A DNA stretch of 64,000 nt from Candidatus Omnitrophota bacterium (GCA_050250375.1 JBFWOS010000003.1:17284-81283); one strand, 5' to 3'. Shown: positions 36,734 to 47,410, counted from the first letter of the stretch. The notes: generated from the sequence alone by a model not told the origin. Program-made: numbers and translations.

Positions 36734-37927
36734 TTATGACAAGGAGGGAATTTTTATATCTACTTCAATATCTGCGTCATAATCAACCCCGGGAAGCCCG
36801 AAACCGAATAGTTTCAGAAAATCTTCTTGATAACCCTCAAGATCGGCATATTCAGCCAGATTGCCCTGAGTCAACCGGCCCCAGTGTTTCGCCACAATTT
36901 GCTGAACGTCATCGCGTAATTCACGGTCATCAAGGCGAATAAATCCTGATTGGTCGACGGCAAAATCTTCTCCGGAGTAAAGATGTTCTTTGAAAAGACG
37001 ATAGATCTGCATCACACAGTCTTCTTCCAAATTTTTCTCTTTCATAACCTTGCTAAGCAAAACGAAATATAAAGGAATAAATGGAATCGCCGAGGACGAT
37101 TGAGTGACCAAGGCCTTATTCACCGAAATGAAGGCCCGGCCATTGATTTTTTTTAATCGTTCGTCCAATTTACGCGCGGTACTTTCCAAATGATCTTTGG
37201 CTTTTCCGATAGTGCCGTTTCGATAAACCCCTTGGGTCAGTTCAGGCCCTACATATGAATACGCGACCGTTTTGACTCCCCGGCTCAAAAGGTTTTCCTT
37301 TTCCAAGGCGTCAATCCAATACATCCAGTCCTCCCCCCCCATGACCGAAACCGTCTGTTCGATCTCTTCATCGGTGGCTGCCGGAAGGGTGACCACCTCA
37401 AGGATTTGAGTCTCCATATTAATGGAATTATTGGTATATTCCTTTCCAACAGGCTTCAAAACTGATTTTGCGATTTGTCCTGTCTTGGGATGTACCCGGC
37501 GTGGAGAAGCCAAACTATAGATAATCAAATCAACCGTCCCCAAATCCTTTTTGATCACTTCAACAACCTGATTCTTCAATTCATCGGAAAAAGCATCTCC
37601 ATTAAAACTCTTTACATAATATCCTTCTTTCATGGCTTTTTGCTCGACCGCAACCGTATTATAATACCCCGCCGTGGCCGTTCTTTTTCCGTCCGGTTCT
37701 TTTTCAAAAAACACTCCAACGGTGGCTGCCCCGCAACCGAAAGCCGAAACGACCCGCGAGGCAAGTCCAAAACCGGTTGACGCCCCGATAATCAATACCT
37801 TTTTGGGTCCATTTTGGATCGGCCCCTTTGATTTGACATAATCGATTTGATCCTGTACGTGCCGTCCGCATCCTTCGGGATGCGCCGTTGTACAGATAAA
37901 ACCACGTATTTTAGGCTTAACAATCAT
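36734..37927 (-). CDS. fabV: Enoyl-ACP reductase FabV / trans-2-enoyl-CoA reductase
   Basis: MIVKPKIRGFICTTAHPEGC, GASTGFGLASR, YSLASP, VMGGEDW, Y-X8-K (YRNGTIGKAK). Confidence 0.95.
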   Translation of the reverse strand: MIVKPKIRGFICTTAHPEGCGRHVQDQIDYVKSKGPIQNGPKKVLIIGASTGFGLASRVVSAFGCGAATVGVFFEKEPDGKRTATAGYYNTVAVEQKAMKEGYYVKSFNGDAFSDELKNQVVEVIKKDLGTVDLIIYSLASPRRVHPKTGQIAKSVLKPVGKEYTNNSINMETQILEVVTLPAATDEEIEQTVSVMGGEDWMYWIDALEKENLLSRGVKTVAYSYVGPELTQGVYRNGTIGKAKDHLESTARKLDERLKKINGRAFISVNKALVTQSSSAIPFIPLYFVLLSKVMKEKNLEEDCVMQIYRLFKEHLYSGEDFAVDQSGFIRLDDRELRDDVQQIVAKHWGRLTQGNLAEYADLEGYQEDFLKLFGFGLPGVDYDADIEVDIKIPSLS

Positions 37928-37946
37928 GTTCTTCCTCTTTCCATCA

Positions 37947-39152
37947 TTAAATTTGTTGCCGTTTCAAAGCAATAACAATTCCGGATGTGGTGAGGGTAAA
38001 TCGTTTCATATCCAATTCTTTATCATATCCCACCATCATCCTAGGATGAATCCCAACCTCTTTATCAAGAATGGCATTCTTAACACGGGCGTTCTTCCCG
38101 ATCGTAACCCCCTCCATGATTACCGAATTCTGGACAACCGCCCCCGCATCAATGGTAACGTTTGAAGACAAAATGGAATTCTCAATCTGGGCCCCCTGGA
38201 TCAGACATCCGCCGGATATCAATGAATTGACAACCGAACTGGAATTCGATTTGGTGCTGGCCACTTTAATCGGCGGATATTGTTCATGAAATGTCCGTAC
38301 CGGCCAGGCCCGGTCATACAAATTAAAAGACGGTTTAGGTTTTACCAAATCCATGTTTGCTTCATAATACGCGTCCCTTGTTCCAATATCCCGCCAGTAT
38401 TTAGGCTGCCCTTTCTCATCGACAAAATTATAAACATAAATTTTCTTTTTGTTCAGCAACATCTGCGGAATGACATTCTTACCGAAATCGTGATGGGAAT
38501 CTTTTTTCCTGGAATCAATATCAAGCTCTTTGGACAGAACATTGCGGTTAAACAAATAAATCCCCATGGAAGCAAATATTTCTTTTGGACGATGTGGAAT
38601 TGTTTTCGGATGTTCGGGTTTTTCCTGAAACCCGCGGACATGATTTTCTTTATCGACTTCAATAACTCCGAACTCACGGGAAGTTTCTTTCGGCATAGGG
38701 ATGCATGCTACGGTGACGTCCGCCTTTTTCTCATAATGATAATTTACCATATGCTGGTAGTTCATTTTGTAAATATGGTCTCCCGCCAGGATAAGGATCA
38801 ATTCTGGATCACAATCCTTGATCGCGTAGCTGTTTTGGTAAATAGCATCCGCTGTACCCCGGTACCAATCATCACTGATTCTCTGCTGGGCCGGGATGAC
38901 ATCAATAAATTCCCCCAACTGGTTGGAAACAATATCCCATCCAGACAGCAAGTGCTTTTGTAAAGAAAATGACTTATACTGCGTCAGAACATAGATCCGC
39001 CTTAACCCGGAATTAATACAGTTGCTCAGCGTAAAATCAATGATCCGGTATATCCCCCCGAAAGGAACGGCTGGTTTGGTCCTGTCTCTTGTTAACGGAT
39101 CAAGCCTTTCCCCGCGGCCTCCGGCTAAAATAAAAGTTAAAATATCTCGCAT
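37947..39152 (-). CDS. glgC: Glucose-1-phosphate adenylyltransferase
   Basis: ILAGGRGERL..KPAVPFGG.YRIIDF.LSNC, WYRGTADA, GDHIY, ASMGIY, YWRDIG. Start moved to 39152 (AGGGG RBS). Confidence 0.95.
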   Translation of the reverse strand: MRDILTFILAGGRGERLDPLTRDRTKPAVPFGGIYRIIDFTLSNCINSGLRRIYVLTQYKSFSLQKHLLSGWDIVSNQLGEFIDVIPAQQRISDDWYRGTADAIYQNSYAIKDCDPELILILAGDHIYKMNYQHMVNYHYEKKADVTVACIPMPKETSREFGVIEVDKENHVRGFQEKPEHPKTIPHRPKEIFASMGIYLFNRNVLSKELDIDSRKKDSHHDFGKNVIPQMLLNKKKIYVYNFVDEKGQPKYWRDIGTRDAYYEANMDLVKPKPSFNLYDRAWPVRTFHEQYPPIKVASTKSNSSSVVNSLISGGCLIQGAQIENSILSSNVTIDAGAVVQNSVIMEGVTIGKNARVKNAILDKEVGIHPRMMVGYDKELDMKRFTLTTSGIVIALKRQQI

Positions 39153-39183
39153 ATTTCCCCTGATGTCTTTAATATTGTTCCGT

Positions 39184-39212
39184 ATTATAAACTCTGTTTT
39201 TTTCTTTTTCAA
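39184..39212 (-). promoter_or_regulatory. Sigma-70 promoter for glgC
   Basis: TTGAAA-17 nt-TATAAT, about 30 nt upstream of the ATG. Confidence 0.7.
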
Positions 39213-39229
39213 TACTGAATTGAGACCTG

Positions 39230-41542
39230 TCAATTTAAACTGTCTAAACTGGCTTTGAATTCGGTATTCTCCGGTTCAAGCTCTGTGGCCTTAGTCAAAT
39301 GATTCTTTGCCTGATCAATCTTGTTTAGATTCTGATAACATAGTCCGATTTTATAATGGACTTTGGCCATCTTGTTATTCTTGTCTAATGAAGCCTGGTA
39401 CATTTCGATGGCTGTTTCAAATTTTCGATCTTCAAAAACAATATCGGCAATGATCAGCGAATCCCCAATACTTTCCGGACTCATGGCCACAGCCTCTTTT
39501 AAAGCCTTTGCCGATTCTTCATACTGTCTGTTAAACGCATATGCCTTGGCGAGAAAAAAAACGGCTTTTGGATCCTCCGGCCACATTTGCCGCAGGGTGA
39601 TGTATTGATTGATTGCACCTTCATACTCGGCCATATCTAGGTACGCAAGCGCAAGGTTATAGCGGTTCTTCTTATTATGCGGATCAAACAAGGCGGCATG
39701 TCGAAAGGCCTCAAAGGCATAATGATATTGTTTTCGTTTTGTAAAAATCTTACCGACCAATTGCAAGGGATCGGCATAATTGGGTTTGATCCTTAGCGCC
39801 TCTTTAGCTTCGGCTAGGGCCGCCTCATCATAATCCATACTCTCAAGAGTAAACGCCCGAAAATTATTCTGATAAGGTTCAACATTGACCGCTCCCAGTC
39901 GAAGAAGATCAGTTCTGGGCGGAACCCAATGATTAAAATCAATCACATAGCGATCAATGATTTCTTTGTGTTCAGGAACATCTTTCAGAAAAAATATTCC
40001 ATCATAATTAAAATATACGGGAACCCAGTCTTCACTTTTATCAAGGTACCTCAACAGATCCCTGGGGATTTCTTCCCGGGAGGAATTAAGAAACGCTCCT
40101 GTTAATTCATATTTCTTAACCATCTCTTCAAAAACTGTGCTGTTTCCTTTTTCCCAGATGTCGACGTATTTTTTGAAGAAAACCCCTCCATATAATTCAG
40201 TGCGTCCATCCATAAAAACTTTTATATTTGGATAGGTCCGGCCGATTAAATACGCCCCTGAGTTAAAATCATTAAAAATATTCGCTTTGATCCCGCTTTC
40301 AATTATAAAATCTGCCACCTTATTAGGATACGCCCTCTGGGCAATCCCGCCGAACTCGCTTTTACGCTCGTATCGGTCAAAATCATAGTATCCCCGGGTT
40401 GCCATTAAGCGGCAATTTTCAAAAATAAAACATAACAAAAGAATTTTTACAAAAATGCCAGTGAGATAAATGAACTTTTTACTCTTAAACCTGATCGGAA
40501 TCACATCTTTTGCCGACAAATAATAGCAATTCGTGATAATCACCAAGTAAGCTGCAAAAGCAAAAAATGAAATATTGCGGATGGCCTTCAATGAAAATAT
40601 TAAGAAGATAATCCATAGAAACAACGCGCTGATATCAATCCGCCGCCTATTTAGAAAAAAAGTCAGGGCAGATACAATAATCATAAGTTTATAATAAGCG
40701 TACTGTCCTCCTCCCACCAGGTTGGACCACTCAATTGGAGGTCTCAACTCCTGAATATATTTAAAAAATATTTTGTCTTCACCGGAAATGGAAAAAAACA
40801 CACTAATCGGGTACAATGCCCCTTGGACAAACTGCGGATTAACCAAACAGGATAGCGTCACAAAGATCAAGGCTTTTTTCAGCCGACTGTATTCAGCGTC
40901 GTTCAAACGTCCGGATTCGTTCCATTGATACGGCAACGGGACACGCCGCTTTAACCATTCTGAAAACAGACCAATGAAGACAAAGAGCGGACCGAAAAAG
41001 AAAAACCCATGAAAATTAGACCACAAAATCTGTACTAGAACCAGAACGATCAGCGACCACCGCTTATCAATGTGCAAAGCCATAATATAGATGTAAACCG
41101 TAAAGAAAAAGAGACTGAATAAATCTGGACGGATCGTAAATCGCGACTGGTAGACAAAATAGACAAACATGAGCGCTATGGTTGTCAGAAGTTGCCGTTC
41201 GCGGCTGTATCCGATAAAGAGTAGGATCAGCATGGTCACCGTAACAACGACAATCTGCATCATCGATACGCCTTCCATCCCCCATGTCTGAAAAATGTTA
41301 TAGACCAGAACCTGAAACAGCCATTCATGGTTATTCCAGAATTTTCCTGCTGTCGAAATATTAAAAATGTCCGTCTGGGGAATTGTTCCGCTCAGAGTGA
41401 TGTATTTACCTACTCCAAGATGCAGCCACAAATCCAGGTCCTTTATCTCAACACCCGCTACAAATGCCATGAGACCGAACAAGGCCCCGATGGGTAATAG
41501 GCCAACAATGTAATTCAATCTTTTATAAAAGGTATCGCTCAT
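39230..41542 (-). CDS. Multi-TM putative GT-C-like glycosyltransferase with C-terminal TPRs
   Basis: DLDLWLH, NHEWLFQ, RPD, LWSNFHG, VFMDGRTELY; about 11 TMs, then TPR repeats. Confidence 0.7.
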   Translation of the reverse strand: MSDTFYKRLNYIVGLLPIGALFGLMAFVAGVEIKDLDLWLHLGVGKYITLSGTIPQTDIFNISTAGKFWNNHEWLFQVLVYNIFQTWGMEGVSMMQIVVVTVTMLILLFIGYSRERQLLTTIALMFVYFVYQSRFTIRPDLFSLFFFTVYIYIMALHIDKRWSLIVLVLVQILWSNFHGFFFFGPLFVFIGLFSEWLKRRVPLPYQWNESGRLNDAEYSRLKKALIFVTLSCLVNPQFVQGALYPISVFFSISGEDKIFFKYIQELRPPIEWSNLVGGGQYAYYKLMIIVSALTFFLNRRRIDISALFLWIIFLIFSLKAIRNISFFAFAAYLVIITNCYYLSAKDVIPIRFKSKKFIYLTGIFVKILLLCFIFENCRLMATRGYYDFDRYERKSEFGGIAQRAYPNKVADFIIESGIKANIFNDFNSGAYLIGRTYPNIKVFMDGRTELYGGVFFKKYVDIWEKGNSTVFEEMVKKYELTGAFLNSSREEIPRDLLRYLDKSEDWVPVYFNYDGIFFLKDVPEHKEIIDRYVIDFNHWVPPRTDLLRLGAVNVEPYQNNFRAFTLESMDYDEAALAEAKEALRIKPNYADPLQLVGKIFTKRKQYHYAFEAFRHAALFDPHNKKNRYNLALAYLDMAEYEGAINQYITLRQMWPEDPKAVFFLAKAYAFNRQYEESAKALKEAVAMSPESIGDSLIIADIVFEDRKFETAIEMYQASLDKNNKMAKVHYKIGLCYQNLNKIDQAKNHLTKATELEPENTEFKASLDSLN

Positions 41543-41552
41543 ATAATTCCCA

Positions 41553-43694
41553 TTATAACGTCATTTTTATTTTCAACAGCAATTCTTTGTCAGGATTTAT
41601 CTCGTCAATGATTTCCTGAACCGTAAATAAATCCCCGTCTTCTTTCGGCCATAAATCCATCGCAACATCAACTTTATCCTGCTTTGCATAAATTAACGCC
41701 GTCAAAGCCAACACCTTTGTGTTTCTCGGATTTTTCTCCAACACTCGCTGACATTGCTTTTCGGCTTCATCCAACCGTCCTAGATGGAATAGGCTGACCC
41801 CCAAATAATACCGGATTTCATTGTCCGTCAAATCCAATAACAAGGCATTTCTAAGATACATCAGGGCCTTTGAATAGTCGCCATCAAGAGTGGCTAATTT
41901 GCCTAAAATTTTTAAGGCAGTCGGATCATCCGGAGCGATCCTGTAGGCCTCCTGAGCTTCACGGCCGGCCTGATCAAACAGTTCCATGTCATAAAGGGCT
42001 AAAGCTCTTTGCGTGTGTTCATAGGGGGTAATCTTTTTGGCGGCAACGGCCGCAATATCTATTTTCGGGGTTACATAATTTGACAGATCCAAAGCGAATT
42101 GTTCAATCCATAACTTATTTTCAGGGATGTCCCGTAAGAAAATCGCGGCGTCAAAATCAAAATATACCAATACCCAGCGTGAATCCTGATAAAGCTGCCG
42201 GATCAATTTGGCCGGCGCCGGCTTCTGGATCGAGTTCAAGAACGCACCGGTAATTTTATATTTCTCAACGTATTCTTCCATGAGCTCTTTATCCCCGCGC
42301 CAAACCTTCATATAATTCTTGAAATATTCCGGCCCGTATACCTCCGTCCGCCCGTCGATGAATACTTTAATATGCGGATGTGTCCGGCCTAAAAGGTATG
42401 CCCCCGAATTAAAATCATTGAAGAAATTGCCTTTAATCTTGTTGTTGACCAGAAAATCAGCCGCTTTGTAAGGATAATTCTTTAGCGAAACACCCCCAAA
42501 TTCACTCTTGCGTTCGAGCGTGTCGAAATTAAAATACCCGCGCGTGGTCAACTGTAACCCAACGTTGATCATCCAGACGATTAAACCAATCTTGAAAATG
42601 AGTGATCCGGCTTGTTTTAATTTCTTTTTATTCAACAGATTGATTGAGAATATTTCTTTCCAATCCACATGCTGCATGTTGATAAGAATAACAAAATAGG
42701 CGACTACGGCAAAGAAAGTCATGTTCCGTAACGCATTCAAAGAAAATAAAAGAAAGATAAGCCATAAAATAAACATCCCGATATCCAGCCTGCGCAGATT
42801 AAGAAAGAAACTGCCGGCGGATAATATAATCATCCAGCGGTACGGCGGGTATTGATCCATGGAAAACAAGGTGTCCCATACGATGGGTTTTCCCAATTCT
42901 TTAATCTGTTCAAAGAATATCTTTGATTCACCAGAGAGCGACGTCAGCACACCCAAAGGATAAATTGCCCCTTTTAAAAAATAAGGATTCGCAAGACAAG
43001 CGGCCAGGACAACAAAAAAAGCGAAGCACAGTCGTTTGTACTCTTCATCCGAATACCTCCCGACTTTGCTCCAATCAAAGGGCAACCGCAAATGGCGTTT
43101 ACTCCACTCAGCTAAGACAATCAACAAAACAAGAATCGGGCCAAAAATAAAAAAACCGTGCGTGTTGACCCACAAAACCTGAAGAATAAATAAAATAAGG
43201 AGAGAACTGCGTCGGTCTATATGGACAGCCAGAGTGTATATAAAGAATATAAAATAAAGCAGACTGAACATGTCCGGACGGAGCATAATCCGCATCATGT
43301 AATTTAGCAGGACAATATTCAGCAGAAAAATGGTAAACCCTATCCTCTTTTCGTTGTACCCGATCATCAACAAAAGAACAAATGTCAGACTGACAACCAC
43401 AACCCGCATATTAATCAGGCCGTCGGCACCGAACAGTTCGTAAATAAAATGAACCGCCACCTGGAAAAGCCACTCGTGATCAATCCATGGACGGTTGTTG
43501 ATGGTAAACGAAAGGATATCGTGGTCGGGCACGCTCAGTGAGTCAACGATATAACGCCCGGTCGCGATGTGAAGCCACAAATCAACATCCTTAATTTCGA
43601 CATTGGCGGTAAATATCGTCAAACCAAACAGGACGATCAGCGCGATCCAGCCGGCATAAACATTTAATCTTTTCCAAAATGATAGTGAAAGCAT
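41553..43694 (-). CDS. Multi-TM putative GT-C-like glycosyltransferase with TPRs (tandem paralog)
   Basis: DVDLWLH, DHEWLFQ, RPD, LWVNTHG, ERKSEFGG, FNDFNSGAYL, VFIDGRTEVY shared with its neighbour. Confidence 0.7.
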   Translation of the reverse strand: MLSLSFWKRLNVYAGWIALIVLFGLTIFTANVEIKDVDLWLHIATGRYIVDSLSVPDHDILSFTINNRPWIDHEWLFQVAVHFIYELFGADGLINMRVVVVSLTFVLLLMIGYNEKRIGFTIFLLNIVLLNYMMRIMLRPDMFSLLYFIFFIYTLAVHIDRRSSLLILFILQVLWVNTHGFFIFGPILVLLIVLAEWSKRHLRLPFDWSKVGRYSDEEYKRLCFAFFVVLAACLANPYFLKGAIYPLGVLTSLSGESKIFFEQIKELGKPIVWDTLFSMDQYPPYRWMIILSAGSFFLNLRRLDIGMFILWLIFLLFSLNALRNMTFFAVVAYFVILINMQHVDWKEIFSINLLNKKKLKQAGSLIFKIGLIVWMINVGLQLTTRGYFNFDTLERKSEFGGVSLKNYPYKAADFLVNNKIKGNFFNDFNSGAYLLGRTHPHIKVFIDGRTEVYGPEYFKNYMKVWRGDKELMEEYVEKYKITGAFLNSIQKPAPAKLIRQLYQDSRWVLVYFDFDAAIFLRDIPENKLWIEQFALDLSNYVTPKIDIAAVAAKKITPYEHTQRALALYDMELFDQAGREAQEAYRIAPDDPTALKILGKLATLDGDYSKALMYLRNALLLDLTDNEIRYYLGVSLFHLGRLDEAEKQCQRVLEKNPRNTKVLALTALIYAKQDKVDVAMDLWPKEDGDLFTVQEIIDEINPDKELLLKIKMTL

Positions 43695-43710
43695 AGTTTT
43701 TTAGGTGAAG

Positions 43711-44571
43711 TTATCCGATTACAAAATGGCCGTCTTGTTTTTCGATCAGTTTAGCTCCATCAGGAATCTGAATTTCATTGGCCCGGGAAACCGCTTTATA
43801 ATGGACAGCGGCCGATAACAAATCGATCGTATACGGATGAATCGGATTATTAAAAATTTCATCGGTATTTGCCAGTTCGACAATATTTCCTTTATACATG
43901 ACCGCGACCCGCTGGCTGATTTTCTTAACGACCTTCAGGTTATGAGAAATAAAGATGTATGTCAGATTAAACTGTTTCTGCAAATCCGCCAGCAATTTCA
44001 GGATCTCTTCCTGGACCAAAACATCCAGCGACGATACGGCTTCATCAAGAATCAGCAGCTTTGGATTCAGGACAAGGGCCCGCGCAATTGAAATCCGCTG
44101 ACGCTCCCCGCCGCTGAACTCATGCGGATACCGGTTGAGCATGTCCTGCGTCAAGTGGACGGCCTTAAGCATCTGCTGAATCCTCAATTCCCGCTCCTGC
44201 TGGGTCTTAAAACGTATTTTATCCAGGACCATCCCCTCATCAATAATTCTGCGGATCGTGTACCGTGGATCAAGACTGCTGTAAGGATCCTGAAAAACCA
44301 TCTGGACATTTTTGCGGTACATGGATATATATGATTTGTCCACCTTATGGCCGTCATAAATCACTTCACCGGAATTCGGCCGGATTAATTGCATGATGAT
44401 CCTGGCCAGCGTTGTCTTCCCGCAGCCTGATTCTCCAACCAGGCTGATACTTTCTCCCTCTTTTACACTGAGGTTGACCTGGTTGACCGCACGCACGACA
44501 CTTCTGGTCTTGCCGGTAAAACCGGATTTGACAGGAAATTCTTTTGAAATATTCTTTAATTCAAGCAACAT
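43711..44571 (-). CDS. Peptide ABC transporter ATP-binding protein (OppF-like)
   Basis: GESGCGKT, FQDPYSSL, YPHEFSGGERQR. Confidence 0.92.
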   Translation of the reverse strand: MLLELKNISKEFPVKSGFTGKTRSVVRAVNQVNLSVKEGESISLVGESGCGKTTLARIIMQLIRPNSGEVIYDGHKVDKSYISMYRKNVQMVFQDPYSSLDPRYTIRRIIDEGMVLDKIRFKTQQERELRIQQMLKAVHLTQDMLNRYPHEFSGGERQRISIARALVLNPKLLILDEAVSSLDVLVQEEILKLLADLQKQFNLTYIFISHNLKVVKKISQRVAVMYKGNIVELANTDEIFNNPIHPYTIDLLSAAVHYKAVSRANEIQIPDGAKLIEKQDGHFVIG

Positions 44572-44572
44572 G

Positions 44573-45349
44573 TTAAATTTTGACAGTCCCTAACAATTTT
44601 TTGGTATATTCATGTTTTGGTTCGGCTATAATCTTTGCCGACTCATCAAACTCAACGATCTTGCCTTCGGTCATAACCGCCACCCGGTCACATAAATGGC
44701 CCACCATCCCCAGATCATGGGTGATCAGTAAAATGGACAGTTTTAATTCGTCACAGATCTTTTTGAACAAATCAATAATCCTGGCCTGCAGGGTCACATC
44801 CAGACTGCTGGTCGGTTCGTCCGCGATAATCAGCTTTGGATCGGCCGCGATCGCCTGGGCAATCATCGCCCTTTGCCGCATCCCTCCGCTTAACTGGTGA
44901 GGATAATTTTTAATAATCCGGTTTGGATCAGGCAGGCCGACCATATCCAGCAATTCCATAATCCTCTTTTGACGCTGGTCCCAGTTTAAATCTGTATGGA
45001 ACTGGAGCATTTCGTCGATTTGATACCCGATGCTGAAAACGGGATTAAACGCGTTGAGTGGCTCCTGAAATATCATGCTGATCCGGCCGCCGCGAATAGC
45101 CCGCATTTCATCTTCAGAGCATTTCATCAGATTCTTTCCTTGAAAAAATATTTCTCCGGAAGTAATCCTCAAAGCAGGATCCAAAAGCCCTAAAATCGAA
45201 TACCCGGTTGTTGTCTTCCCGCTGCCTGATCCACCGACAAGTCCGACAATCTCCGATTCCCCAATATCAAAAACCACATCATCCACAATCTTATGCTGTC
45301 CGGTACGATCCAGGCAAACGGTCAGATTCTTTACGCTTAACAGATTCAT
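44573..45349 (-). CDS. Peptide ABC transporter ATP-binding protein (OppD-like)
   Basis: GGSGSGKT, FQEP, YPHQLSGGMRQR, DEPT. Confidence 0.92.
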   Translation of the reverse strand: MNLLSVKNLTVCLDRTGQHKIVDDVVFDIGESEIVGLVGGSGSGKTTTGYSILGLLDPALRITSGEIFFQGKNLMKCSEDEMRAIRGGRISMIFQEPLNAFNPVFSIGYQIDEMLQFHTDLNWDQRQKRIMELLDMVGLPDPNRIIKNYPHQLSGGMRQRAMIAQAIAADPKLIIADEPTSSLDVTLQARIIDLFKKICDELKLSILLITHDLGMVGHLCDRVAVMTEGKIVEFDESAKIIAEPKHEYTKKLLGTVKI

Positions 45350-46450
45350 TTATTTTTGTCCTTCGGATTTTAACATCGGGTCTAACGCGTCCCTTAACGC
45401 GTCACCGATCACATTAAAACTGATAACCGTCAGAAAAATAAAAAACCCCGGGATCAGGATCCATGGATAAAACTTGATCCGCACAATACTCATGGCGTCC
45501 GACAGCAGATTGCCCCAGCTGGCAAAAGGGTCCTGAATGCCCAATCCGATTAAACTCAACGCCGATTCTCCGAGGATATATCCGGGAATGGATAACATCA
45601 CCGCGAAAATGGAATAAGATAGTGTGTGCGGCAATATGTGACGGATAATAATTTTCAGGTCGGATAGCCCTATGCTTTTCGCCGCCAGCACAAATTCCCG
45701 TTCCCTTAAAGACAGGCACATCCCGCGAATGATGCGGGCCAATCCCGCCCAGCCGATAAATGACAAAATGACAATGATCGCAAAATACACCTGGACCGAA
45801 TTAAACTCAGGCGGGACAGCCGCCCGCAGGGCCAGCAGTAAATAAAATCCCGGAACCATCATCACCATTTCTGACAAACGCATCAGAAAATTATCGACCC
45901 TGCCCCCGTAATATCCCGAAATACCGCCGACCAGCAATCCGATAGAGAATGAAATTAAGACACCGATCAATCCGATGGACAAAGAAACCCTCCCCCCGAA
46001 TAAAATCCTGGAAAACAGGTCCCGCCCTCTTGAATCCGCCCCCATCAAATAGACCCTGCCCTCATCGGCCACGCCCCACAAATGAATATTAGCCGGAATA
46101 AAACCCAGTAGTTTGTATGAATCCCCTTTGTTAAAAAAAACGATCGGATATTTGACTGAATGATCATCCTTATATATCCTCTGGTGATATTGATCAAAAG
46201 TCAATTTGATTCCGTAAACAAACGGCCACGAGAACTTACCTTGATCAAAAAAATGGATCCGGGTCGGAGGACAATACGAATTTTGCCTGACCTCATTCTT
46301 ATAAGAATAGGGTGAAAGAAAATCAGCGAAGGCAGCCCCGAAATATAACAGGCCTAAGATTACGACGCATAAAACTGCCAGGCGGTTTTTCTTGAAAGTC
46401 CGCATGGCAATCTGAAATTCACTGATTGAATTCTGGTTTTTATCAGTCAT
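45350..46450 (-). CDS. Peptide ABC transporter permease (OppC-like)
   Basis: GADSRGRDLFSR, EFVLAAKSIG, HILP; start 46450 with GAGG RBS. Confidence 0.92.
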   Translation of the reverse strand: MTDKNQNSISEFQIAMRTFKKNRLAVLCVVILGLLYFGAAFADFLSPYSYKNEVRQNSYCPPTRIHFFDQGKFSWPFVYGIKLTFDQYHQRIYKDDHSVKYPIVFFNKGDSYKLLGFIPANIHLWGVADEGRVYLMGADSRGRDLFSRILFGGRVSLSIGLIGVLISFSIGLLVGGISGYYGGRVDNFLMRLSEMVMMVPGFYLLLALRAAVPPEFNSVQVYFAIIVILSFIGWAGLARIIRGMCLSLREREFVLAAKSIGLSDLKIIIRHILPHTLSYSIFAVMLSIPGYILGESALSLIGLGIQDPFASWGNLLSDAMSIVRIKFYPWILIPGFFIFLTVISFNVIGDALRDALDPMLKSEGQK

Positions 46451-47408
46451 ACCGTATCCTCGGGTCAACTTTGGCCAGGGCTATATCCGCCAACAAGTTT
46501 CCGATCAAAAATAATAATCCGCCCATCATCATACTGGCCATGACCAAATAAATATCTTTAGACCGCACGGCGGTTAACATCAATGAACCCAACCCTGGCC
46601 AGCTGCAAATGATTTCGACCAAAGCGGCCCCGCTCAATAAACTGGAAAACTCATACCCCAACAACGTAATCATCGGGTTGACGGCATTTCGCAGGGCATG
46701 GTGATAGACAATCCTGTTTTGCGGAAGTCCTTTGGCCTTGGCGGTCAAAATATACTGCTGCCCCAGTACCTCGAGCATATTTCCGCGCATAATCCTTTGA
46801 AGTCCGGCGATTGAACCGATCGACAAAGCCACGGCCGGGATCACCAGATGCAACAAGACATCCCATATCCTGGCAAAAAAGCCGAGGTCGTCAAAATGAG
46901 GGCTGTACATACCGCCCAAAGGCAGGATGCCGGTTTGAGACGCCCAGAATAAAAAGATCATCGCCAGAAAGAAACTCGATAAGGATAACCCAATATAAGA
47001 AAAAAACTGGATAAGCCGGTCAATCCATCCGTTACGATTAAGCGCTGCCCAGATCCCGAGTGGAATTCCGATCGCCCAGGTGATGATAAAGCTGGCCAGA
47101 GAAAGAATAAATGTGTTAAACAAACGTGACCGGATGATCTCAACAACCTTAACGTTGTAATAGAAGGAATATCCCCACTCTCCCTTCAATATATTGATGA
47201 CCCAGGCCCCGTATTGCTGCGCCATGGGTTTGTCCATCCGGTAAAGAGCCTTCATCTGTTCAATCTGTTTGTCAGAAATCTGCGGATCCATGCGAAGGGT
47301 GTCCAGATAATTCCCGGGAGTCAACTGCATTAAGGCGAACGTCAGCAGTGAAATCCCCAACAGCATCGGGATCGAGATCAGTATTCTTTTAAATATAAAT
47401 TTCCACAT
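46443..47408 (-). CDS. Peptide ABC transporter permease (OppB-like)
   Basis: YILTAKAKGL, HALRNA, SWPGLG, DPRIR. Confidence 0.92.
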   Translation of the reverse strand: MWKFIFKRILISIPMLLGISLLTFALMQLTPGNYLDTLRMDPQISDKQIEQMKALYRMDKPMAQQYGAWVINILKGEWGYSFYYNVKVVEIIRSRLFNTFILSLASFIITWAIGIPLGIWAALNRNGWIDRLIQFFSYIGLSLSSFFLAMIFLFWASQTGILPLGGMYSPHFDDLGFFARIWDVLLHLVIPAVALSIGSIAGLQRIMRGNMLEVLGQQYILTAKAKGLPQNRIVYHHALRNAVNPMITLLGYEFSSLLSGAALVEIICSWPGLGSLMLTAVRSKDIYLVMASMMMGGLLFLIGNLLADIALAKVDPRIRYD

Positions 47409-47410
47409 GG

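Noticed and set aside
37333-37340. C8 tract in fabV (and A9 tract in cvpA at 31081) as phase-variation switches
   Set aside because: Both are in frame and encode conserved MGGE or Phe-rich TM residues; too short to be persuasive.
38280-38963. 227-aa plus-strand ORF (likewise 54364..54927 and the other short overlapping ORFs)
   Set aside because: These lie antisense to or out of frame within well-supported genes such as glgC and gmd.
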